36,251 nt of DNA from Salisapilia sapeloensis CBS 127946 (Eukaryota > Protista > Oomycota): contig JAADVB010000201.1 of the NCBI GenBank assembly GCA_023334545.1, positions 1-36,251 of the forward strand, written 5' to 3'. Shown here in pieces: positions 9,284 to 18,028 of this stretch; the stretch's first letter is position 1; the number at the start of each line of letters is the position of its first letter. The notes below the pieces were generated by a model. The model did not search any database. It was not told the origin of the DNA and saw only the letters and a list, made by a program, of their open reading frames with translations. Made by a program: the position numbers and the translations under genes.

Positions 9284-10156
9284 TCACCTAGTTGGTACAA
9301 TGGCTGCAGGACTGTAGTCGACCGTTGTAGCGGTCAATTTCGGGCCATATGCGGCTGAGGATGCTTTCGAGTTTGCACCTGACCTTGTAGATGCGTTTGT
9401 AAATCTTGACCTTCCTCGCAGCTTGTCACGGACGGTAAGTATGAGGCACAATGCCATAGTCACTCGCATGTACAGCGCTTGGACAAATTCCCAGCTATCT
9501 CCCGTTGCTGCTGTAAGAATCATGAAAGGATACTCGTGGGTCATGAACAGCACATAGAGGAAAATTTCGAGTTTTCGCCCTTTTGCCATTTGCAACCAGC
9601 CATTTTTACTCAGCGAAAGATAGTAAAATCGGAAGAAGACGACAAATGCCAAGCTTGCGCACTCCAGAATGTTATCCAGCTCGATTAAAAAGCTCATCGC
9701 ATGTCCATCCATCAATGATAGCTCCACAAAGTTGAATATGACGACAATCCAACTGAAAGCCACGAGCGCTTCTGCTGCATATGTCAAGTAGCGCAGCGAC
9801 GAGACTTTTACTCGACGAAGGACATCATGGCCTATGATGGTAACCTGGGCGAGAAAGGTTAAGACGGAGCATATTTCCGATACGTCATTCATGCTGTCGA
9901 CGAACTTTTCGTCGGAGCTAGCAAACGGTATTAGGACTGCAAATCCTAGGAAAGCGCTGCAGATCAAACTTTTAACGCGCCACTGACGCCGACGGGCAAA
10001 GTACGTGACAGCAAGGTACTGGAAGAGGGAATAGTTGATGAGGAGAGTCAAAGGGGCTCCGATGTACAAGTTGAAAATATGCATGTTCGGCGACGAGGCC
10101 AAATGGGTTGCCATGCCTGTAGACTCGACGGAATTGTCGGACAAAACTGTGTCCAT
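9284..10156 (-). CDS. Uncharacterised multipass (~7 TM) membrane protein, paralogue A
   Basis: 290-aa ORF (start could be a downstream Met) with about seven hydrophobic segments and a Ser-rich basic C-tail. It aligns by eye over its full length with the ORF at 10395-11195. Confidence 0.8.
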   Translation of the reverse strand: MDTVLSDNSVESTGMATHLASSPNMHIFNLYIGAPLTLLINYSLFQYLAVTYFARRRQWRVKSLICSAFLGFAVLIPFASSDEKFVDSMNDVSEICSVLTFLAQVTIIGHDVLRRVKVSSLRYLTYAAEALVAFSWIVVIFNFVELSLMDGHAMSFLIELDNILECASLAFVVFFRFYYLSLSKNGWLQMAKGRKLEIFLYVLFMTHEYPFMILTAATGDSWEFVQALYMRVTMALCLILTVRDKLRGRSRFTNASTRSGANSKASSAAYGPKLTATTVDYSPAAIVPTR

Positions 10157-10394
10157 CGGGGTTGGAAAGCTTTATGAGGTCAACGCGATCTTGATATGGC
10201 CCTACTCAACCCGACAAGGTCCCTGAGCTCAGTTTCCAGCGGGAGGATATCTACGTCTAAACATAGCTGAAGCTATCGATAAGAACTGAACAAGATAGTT
10301 GGATGATATTTTAAGATGGCTATTGATAACCCCATCCATGCTATTGAATTTTTTCTTAAGAACGCCACATTTCCTATGACTAAACCAACAAGCT

Positions 10395-11195
10395 TTAGTT
10401 AGCCTGTCCAATTTCGTCAAAATTCGAATTCATCGCACTATCCGCAGACTTCGCCACAATTCCGCCTTCGCTGTTATTTTGTATCCCAGACCCACCTGAA
10501 AGTATCTTGTTCGTGTACGGCGAGGCACGCAATTTCCCTTTAATCGTGATAGTGAGACACATGGCGATAGTCACCCTCATAGCCAAGGCCTGCACGAATT
10601 CCCATGATTCTCCTGTGGCTGCTTCAATAATAAGAAAAGGATATTCGTGCGCAAAGAAGAGTAGATAAAGAAAGATCTCCATCTTGCGGTTGGTAAGAAG
10701 CTCTTTGAATCCATCTCGCGCTAGCGATAGGTAGTAGAAGCGGAAGCTGAATATGAAGAACAGGCAAATAAATTCGATAATGTTGTCCATTTCGTAAATG
10801 AACACAATTCCGTGACCTCGTAAAGGACCGATTTCCAAGAGGTTGATGATGATAAGGATCCAACAAATGGCTGTTAGCATATCCGATATATACACTAATA
10901 CCCGCAAGGAATTCATTTTGACACGACGTAAGACGTCGTAGCCAAGGATGGTAACTTGGATTAAGAACGTAAGTATAGAGGCCGTCTCCGAAATATCGTT
11001 TAGGCGGTAAACTATTCTTTCATCCTTGTTGGCAAACGGCATGATTGATAAGAACCCAACGGCAGCGCTTAAAAGGAGGCTCATCACACGCCACTGCTTT
11101 CGTCGAGAATAGTACATCGCCAATAAGTACTGGAAAATGAAGAAGTTGATAATGATGTTTGTTGGCATCCCGAAGTTACGACTGAATGCGTCCAT
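10395..11195 (-). CDS. Uncharacterised multipass (~7 TM) membrane protein, paralogue B
   Basis: 266-aa ORF sharing the blocks FQYL, QWRV, TFLxQVTIxGxDVLRRVK, FRFYYLSL, EIFLY, HEYPF, AATGxSWEFVQAL with paralogue A. An in-frame stop lies upstream with no earlier ATG. Confidence 0.8.
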   Translation of the reverse strand: MDAFSRNFGMPTNIIINFFIFQYLLAMYYSRRKQWRVMSLLLSAAVGFLSIMPFANKDERIVYRLNDISETASILTFLIQVTILGYDVLRRVKMNSLRVLVYISDMLTAICWILIIINLLEIGPLRGHGIVFIYEMDNIIEFICLFFIFSFRFYYLSLARDGFKELLTNRKMEIFLYLLFFAHEYPFLIIEAATGESWEFVQALAMRVTIAMCLTITIKGKLRASPYTNKILSGGSGIQNNSEGGIVAKSADSAMNSNFDEIGQAN

Positions 11196-11930
11196 GATAG
11201 TGAAGTAGAAGTGAGCTTCCTGTATTTCTTCTCAAACTTGGGCTTGAGACACGAAAACAAAGAGTGAACTAAATTCAATCGTTTTAAGTTGAGGAAGCGA
11301 GTGCTCTCCTTCTATGGGACTATGCATGCTAATTAAATCAGTTCCCATCCTCCGCACAGGTCGTTACATTCTGGGCGATTGCCAAAACCTTGCGTCACTT
11401 CGTCCCATAGCAAAACCTATGCATCGATATTCCTAAATACGGATACGACGCGGTGAAGATAAAGTTATGCGCTGGATCTTTCACGCTATGTATCATTTCT
11501 GCTATTGTATTTTGCAGTTTGTATGCTTAAAACCCACATACAATCTTCTGGGTCGGTCGACGCAGTGTCAACTATGATGACAACAAAGATGATATTTTGG
11601 CATGGACTCTTGAAATGAACGAATGATCAAATCAAGCCGATTCAAAGACAGTTCACCTGCTACGTCGACGCATGAAATATATCCCTTCACAAGAATATAT
11701 GGTAGGTTAGCATAAAACAATAGCCCACAGTGCTTTTTTGCAAAGATTTAAAAACATACTAAGCTAGAAGCAACTACTTTCACAAATGTATCTTTTCCAT
11801 CAATGCTGGCTGTCATCAAATCGATCGTCGGCAAAGTCATCTTCACTGTCTGATAGCATGCAGTCCATGGAGCCAACTCAAGCAAAGACACACCTCAACG
11901 AGACACAACCAAAAGGTAAAAGCAAAAATG

Positions 11931-12003
11931 TTCCCACACCGGGACTCGAACCCGGGTCTGCTGGGTGAGAGCCAGCTATCCTAACCACCTAGACTATATG
12001 GGA
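11931..12003 (-). tRNA. trnE-CUC: tRNA-Glu (anticodon CTC)
   Basis: 73-nt cloverleaf: acceptor stem TCCCATA/TGTGGGA, anticodon arm GCTGG-CT[CTC]AC-CCAGC, T-loop GTTCGAGTC. Followed by a T-rich Pol III terminator-like tract. Confidence 0.95.
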
Positions 12004-12824
12004 ATTAACATTTTGGGCAAATAAGTAATATATATTAAGTATAGAGAATTTAGGAATAAATGTCGTAGAGCGCTAGACGAATTTAGCAAGATGAAACTAT
12101 GCGCGTGATTTTGGAAGTAGTACTTGCATTCATCATAACCACTCATATTTACTTTGAAAACGATTGTAAAGTTATCAACTACAAGCCACTTCAACGTGAG
12201 TTCCAGTTAGAGCAGAATGGAGTTTATTCACTAGTCTAGGCCTCCAAGTAGATTTCCAGACCGCAGATAGTCTAGCTAAACGAACTGCAACGTGAGCAGA
12301 TAATTCTATTTATTTATAATTTTGACGTGGTTGACCTCTGACAATGAAACCTGCTAAACATTAGAGCGCTTGCCTACTTCAAACTGAACGATCACTTTCT
12401 GACTCTGAGCCCTTTAATGGTTGATGAGTAAAGACCAACTAAGGCACTTGCTCTTAGCAGGGAATATTTAAGCAAACGGAAAAGCAAAAGAGATCAGAGC
12501 TGTAGATTTCAGCATGCAACGGGGCACAGGCACAGTGCGAACTGATGAGCTTCCCAAATTTAAATCTGACTCCAGTGGCATTTCAAAGAAGAATCGTGTT
12601 TGCCTGTATCAAACGACCCGAATGTCACAATATTCTTTCCACTACGTCAACATGCAAGGCGACGGCACATGAACGTTGGGAAATGTTTAACTACTAAAGC
12701 GATATTCAGCTATAACTCTTGCGTCTGATCAATCCAGTATTAGTAGCATAAATATGGTTGCGCCTAAACGAAACCATTCAATATAAATTTGAATATATAC
12801 TACTCATTTACTTCAACTACCACT

Positions 12825-12897
12825 TCCCATATAGTCTAGGTGGTTAGGATAGCTGGCTCTCACCCAGCAGACCCGGGTTCGAGTCCCGGTGTGGGAA
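12825..12897 (+). tRNA. trnE-CUC: tRNA-Glu (anticodon CTC)
   Basis: Exact reverse complement of 11931-12003, followed by CATTTTTGCTTTTACCTTTT. Confidence 0.95.
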
Positions 12898-14568
12898 CAT
12901 TTTTGCTTTTACCTTTTTCTAGTTCTATCTTTTTAAGTGGCGCACTTTGATATCGTATCGTACCGCCAGAAGCAGCAAGCTCATTCTTTATGATGCGATG
13001 TTGTATTTAAATCTGTTCCTCTTTAAGAGCGATAGTGTCAATGGAGCGGTGATACGCTTTTTATCCGTGTTTGTGGTCACTCTGATCCTGATCATTCTAT
13101 AGCTGTAAGTTTCGTCGTCCATGCTAACTGTGTGCTTAATAAAGGTACTGCGATTTGGAATGATAGAGCAAGAGCAAACTGGTAGTGGGTCTTAATGAAT
13201 ATAACTGAAGATGCCCATTTCTTTGCAAGTGCTATAGGACAAAAGGCTACACATTCAGCTGCTAGAAATGAGCTTGTATGAGTTGTTAGGCCGTGTTTTC
13301 AAGCAACGTATCACAAACCAGTGCTTGTTTGCGTCGCAAAATTCGACGTTCTGTAGTAGCCTAAATGAGATTGATTGCTGTAGACAGAGTAGCAGGATGA
13401 ACTACAAGTAAAGCTCGAAATACCTTCTTTACTTGACGGGATCTATGCGAGCTTAGTGTCAATCAGTGAGCTCGGCTCGAATGACTTGAGACAGTCGAGC
13501 GTCATTGTATACTAGCTGGCATTGCTACATACGTAATAACATATATCTGTGCATGAAGAGGGTATGATACCCGAACAGGGTACGAAAGACGTCAGACGTG
13601 ATTATTTTCATTGGTGTGATCATATCTAATCGAAAGGCTAGATCTTGAGTCTGTAGTTCATTTTTTGCGGTCGCTAAAAGCAGGTAGCGATGAACACATG
13701 CACATAAGTATGCTCGATTGATCCCCAAGACTAAGCAGATGTAAATTCGAGGATGTGATGACTGACTCGTATCAAACCCCTGTAAATTGCTATATTTAGC
13801 CTTGAACTCTGCCTAATTCCTTCGCTGGTCTTTGAATTGAAACATGCGAGCGTCAAACGAAGACTCTCACTTTCTAGATCCCGTACAAGTATAATTGGAA
13901 CTCGGAACGACTACTGATCATCTCTGCAATGCAAATGCTTCCATGTTGAAAGTGAGGAATTACACCGAAATTATTTGAAGGCGTCGAAATGAACCCATCA
14001 TCTACAGTATGTCGCAGATACCCAGGCTCACTTTGTCTTGGTAGAAGATGACAAGGAGCAACTAGTTGACCGCTATAAAGCTCTAACCTAGCTGCAATCA
14101 ACACATGAAAACCTACTACTATGAGTGTTCATATCTTTTTTATTTAATGGTAATAAACATTGTAGCGATTCTGTAGCTACGAATGCTCATGTTAAAGTAT
14201 CGCTTGAATGCTCATGCATTCGATAAAGCTATTCATGCTCCCGAATACCACTGCTAGATGAGCTCGCAGTCTACTTTATTCTCTACCTCTTAACACATAT
14301 GCATGATCCGTACTCCTCTCACCTTCATCTTCACCTACTTCAACTGCATCCACCATCCGCACAACGGACACTTCGAGTGTACTACCTTCGACGCTCGATC
14401 CACACTCCCTCACCAGTCGACAAAAGTTTTTACGTGCGCTCTACACCGTACAACCTCTACTCATCTCCTCAAGAAGCTCAGTCTGTACCGCCAAGTGGCT
14501 GCCTATACCCACTTCGCACCATTCATCACACATACAAAAAACTGGAACGCACAAATCACGCGTTCGGT

Positions 14569-14582
14569 TCATTCGCTCTTTT
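14569..14582 (+). promoter_or_regulatory. Oomycete Inr+FPR core promoter element of the kinase gene
   Basis: TCATTCGCTCTTTT fits TCATTYBNNNWTTY, 11 nt before ATG 14594. Confidence 0.55.
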
Positions 14583-14593
14583 CAATCCCGCCC

Positions 14594-16012
14594 ATGGGGT
14601 TCATCCACTTTTTACGCGAAAGCGCCAACTCACTGCGCTTCAGGAGCGGCCTGTCGTCCCGCGACGTGAACGAGCCAGCGTCACAACAGTCCACCGCCGA
14701 CTCGGACGTCGCGCAAGCCGCAGAAGAGGCCGGCTTCTCCGATAGCGACTCGGATTCGTTCGAAACGGACTCCAACTACGACGCTAGCATGCGGTCCAAC
14801 GTATCCGTCGACATGGACGGTATCGTTCCTCCGGAAGAAGAGTCCATGGGGACCATTGGCGACTATGATATCATTAAGGTGCTCGGGAGTGGCGCCACGG
14901 CCACGGTGAAACTAGGCAAACTCAAGTCGGATGCTGAGTCCAGTGGTCAAGAAGAGTTTGTCGCCTTGAAGGAATTCAAGACGTCGTTATTAAAGAAGAT
15001 GCGCGACATCAAACGCGTCGGTCGGAAGATGGTCGTCTCCACCGCCTTTGACAAAGTCCAATTGGAAATCGCCATTATGAAAAAGCTCGAGCATAAAAAC
15101 CTCATTAAGCTACTCGAAGTCTTTGACGACGACGCAGACACCTTGGTCGTGATGCTCGAGTACGCTCCGATAGGTCAGGTGATGGAGTGGGAGCCATCGT
15201 CGAAACAGTATAAGCTCAATCCGGAGATCGCTCAGACGAATCAGGAGGACGCAAGTATGAGCGAAACAGAGCTACGCGAGTGTGTTCGACAGCTACTTTC
15301 TGGACTCGAGTACCTGCACAACAACAACATTGCGCATCGAGACTTGAAGCCGGAGAATATCCTTCTAGGCAAAGATCACGTCTACAAGATCGCCGACTTT
15401 GGTGTCGCCCACTTCTTTGAAGAAGAGGCGGAGGAAAAAGCGCCGGCCTCTACTGACAGTAGCAAGGGCTTTGTCTCCACCACCGCTGGCACGTACGCTT
15501 TCATGGCACCGGAAACCACCAAGCCAGATCCCTTCAGTGCGTACATGGCCGACTTGTGGGCGCTAGGCATCACCACGTATGCTCTGGCGTTCAACACCAT
15601 TCCGTACTACGATCCGGACCCAACAGTTCTCTTTGACATGATTGAGAACCAGCCGATGGACTTGGAGCAACATGGGACTGCTTCCGACGGACTGAAAGAG
15701 CTGTTGAGCGGGCTCCTGCAGAAAGACCCAGAGCAGCGGTGGGACATTGCCAAGTGCAAGAAATGTGAGTGGGTAACTGAGGGCCTGACGGAAGAGGAGA
15801 AGCACGCGTTCTGGACGGAACAAATGGACACGGTGGAGGTGAGCGAGGAAGACTTACAAAAGGCCGTGAAGCGCGTGACCAAGCTCAACGTCCTCCTGCG
15901 TGTCCACATGGGTGCGATGAAGTGGCGTAAGAAAGCCAAGGAGTCTGCCCAGTCTGCGTCGTCCATGAACTCTATGAACTCCTTGACGACGGAGACGACG
16001 ACCCAAGAGTGA
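14594..16012 (+). CDS. CaMKK/GRIK(SnAK)-family Ser/Thr protein kinase (472 aa from ATG 14594)
   Basis: Kinase motifs LGSGATATV, VALK, EIAIMKKLEHKNLIKLLEV, HRDLKPENILL, DFG, AGTYAFMAPE, ADLWALG. It has a basic insert after VALK as seen in CaMKK-type kinases, and a basic amphipathic C-terminal helix. Confidence 0.85.
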   Translation: MGFIHFLRESANSLRFRSGLSSRDVNEPASQQSTADSDVAQAAEEAGFSDSDSDSFETDSNYDASMRSNVSVDMDGIVPPEEESMGTIGDYDIIKVLGSGATATVKLGKLKSDAESSGQEEFVALKEFKTSLLKKMRDIKRVGRKMVVSTAFDKVQLEIAIMKKLEHKNLIKLLEVFDDDADTLVVMLEYAPIGQVMEWEPSSKQYKLNPEIAQTNQEDASMSETELRECVRQLLSGLEYLHNNNIAHRDLKPENILLGKDHVYKIADFGVAHFFEEEAEEKAPASTDSSKGFVSTTAGTYAFMAPETTKPDPFSAYMADLWALGITTYALAFNTIPYYDPDPTVLFDMIENQPMDLEQHGTASDGLKELLSGLLQKDPEQRWDIAKCKKCEWVTEGLTEEEKHAFWTEQMDTVEVSEEDLQKAVKRVTKLNVLLRVHMGAMKWRKKAKESAQSASSMNSMNSLTTETTTQE

Positions 16013-16198
16013 TTTCATTTCTACTTTTATACTTGCAATCAATCAAGTACATTTGCATCTCTTCGATTCCTGTAATCTAGTAGACCTGATACTCGGTACT
16101 AGTTGCTTTCTACATGGAAAACGATACAAGACAAATGGTACGTGAATGTAACTTGGATTTCAAACTCTACGTTGAAGAATCGCTACGATAGAAGACAT

Positions 16199-17404
16199 TT
16201 AGTGCGTCTTGTTCCACTCGGCGACTTGCGGGAGGGCCTCCACCTTGGCAACCACACGGTCAATGTTCTTGTAGCCGACGGCAATGTCCTTGGGAAGGTC
16301 ATCGATGTCCTTCGTAATGTGCTGGTAGTAGCCATAGATAGCCACGTCCGCGATGGTCATCTCGTCTGCAACAGCGTACTCGGACGCCCAGTGACCGATA
16401 CGGTCGTCGAGCTGCTTCATCTTCTGTGCGACGACTTCCTCCTGCGGCTTACCGAGCTTGTACTTGTGGACAAAGTGCTCGTTCACCAACTGAGTGATCT
16501 CGTCGGCACGGCAAGCGATGAGAGGCTTGGTGGTAGGGTACAGACCGGCGAGCGTGCCGACGTACTGGAGAATACCAGCCGACTGGCAGATCTCTTCTTC
16601 GTCAACCTGAAGGACAGGGAGCTGCTTGAACGGGTACGACTCCTTGATCGACTTGAACTCCTCGAAGGTCACGCGGTGGTCCTCGAACGGAATGCCGCCG
16701 ATCGTGAGCGCGAGACGAAGGTCTTCGGCACGGCCACGAATGTCAAAGTACGAGACCTTGACCTTGGGCGTCGCACTGTGCTTGCGAGCATTCCACTCGA
16801 TGACCTTCGGGTGGGCAAGCACCTTCTCCGTAATACGGTTCAGCTCCTTGTAGTTATCCACAATAGTCGTCGGGATGTTATCCATGAAACCAGCTCGGTA
16901 GGTACGGACGAGGTTGTAGACGGCAAGCTCATGCGGCAGGATAGTCTCCGTCTGGAAGGCTGACATCTGGCTCATCAAAGCAAGACGAGCTTCAATGAGC
17001 TCTAGGGTGGCAGGAATGGTATTGTTCGCTAGGTTCACACGAAGCTCCTTCTTCTTCTCCTCATCCTTCTCCAGGAGGGAAGGATAGTGGCAAGCGAAGA
17101 GATCATCGATGGCGCAGATAATCTCGTTGATACGAGCTTCAACCAACGGGCTGTTCGCCGGAATGGAGCCTCCTAGACGTCCAGCAAGCATGAGCTGGGC
17201 TTGTGCCTGCGCGATGCGCATACCATCGACGTCCATCACTGGGAGCTGTCCGAACGGCGTACTGTCCTTGATCTTAGCGAACTCTTCATGGCTGACACGT
17301 TTGTCCTCGAACGGGACACCAGCGATAAATAGAGCCAAGCGGATCGGCTCGGCCTTGGCAGCCAGGTCAAAGTAGGTGAGCTTGATGGATGGAAACGCGG
17401 GCAT
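16199..17404 (-). CDS. Tandem two-domain glutathione S-transferase (sigma-like, Tyr-type), 401 aa
   Basis: Two GST N+C units: KLTYFDLAAKAEPIRL..PFGQLPVMDVDG and KVSYFDIRGRAEDLRL..PFKQLPVLQVD..QSAGILQY..MTIADVAIY. Confidence 0.9.
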   Translation of the reverse strand: MPAFPSIKLTYFDLAAKAEPIRLALFIAGVPFEDKRVSHEEFAKIKDSTPFGQLPVMDVDGMRIAQAQAQLMLAGRLGGSIPANSPLVEARINEIICAIDDLFACHYPSLLEKDEEKKKELRVNLANNTIPATLELIEARLALMSQMSAFQTETILPHELAVYNLVRTYRAGFMDNIPTTIVDNYKELNRITEKVLAHPKVIEWNARKHSATPKVKVSYFDIRGRAEDLRLALTIGGIPFEDHRVTFEEFKSIKESYPFKQLPVLQVDEEEICQSAGILQYVGTLAGLYPTTKPLIACRADEITQLVNEHFVHKYKLGKPQEEVVAQKMKQLDDRIGHWASEYAVADEMTIADVAIYGYYQHITKDIDDLPKDIAVGYKNIDRVVAKVEALPQVAEWNKTH

Positions 17405-18028
17405 CGTTTGGATAGGTGGTGCTTAGTACGTCTTTGGTAAATTCACAAGTGCCATTCGAAGATTGAGATGCGCCACCGGAAAGTTTGGCTTGTTAAGCAG
17501 TGGACATGCGCCAATCAGCCTCACCAGCAGATCGACGTGTGGCTGATCGATTACGTGAGCTATCCAATACCGGTCACTTATGCGTTTCTGATGGTCGTGC
17601 TTCAACGGTTCCTGAAGATACCACTGATATGCCATCGTAGCGTAGGGGAGAGTACAATGCTATGACTCCCATCCTATCAGAGAAAGATCTAAAGATCTCT
17701 ACCTTGGTCATGAGGGCTAACGAAATGTATCTGCGGGTATAAGAGGATGAGCCAGCGGGAAATCGATTGCGTGTACTGTCCGATACCGGTCAATTATTCG
17801 TTTCTTGTCGTTGGTCGTGTATCAGTTGTCTCTTGTCGGATGGTTGTGACATGATACAACAAAATGATTTTCAGGAGCTTACCTCCATCTCCGTCTACTG
17901 GTTCGTGAGACCTAGGTTTCTGTCTTATCAATTTGTTGCTTTCATAAGTCAAGTACAAGCCTATTGCCTTTAACAACTTTATTGCTACTCCAATTCATGT
18001 CATAAATCTTCATTCGTAGTCACCATCT

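Larger units (their letters stand above)
11911..12917. repeat. Perfect 94-bp inverted repeat (11911-12004 / 12824-12917) with an 819-bp spacer
   Basis: Compared base by base: the tRNA body, 1 nt of 5' flank and 20 nt of 3' trailer are identical in both arms. Confidence 0.9.

Noticed and set aside
14303-14593. 97-codon in-frame N-terminal extension of the kinase ORF
   Set aside because: An Inr+FPR match at 14569-14582 suggests transcription starts downstream of it, and the extension resembles nothing kinase-related. Not fully excluded without TSS data.
16103-16963. 286-aa plus-strand ORF
   Set aside because: Antisense shadow of the GST gene, with Leu/Val/Asp-rich composition typical of reverse-frame reading.
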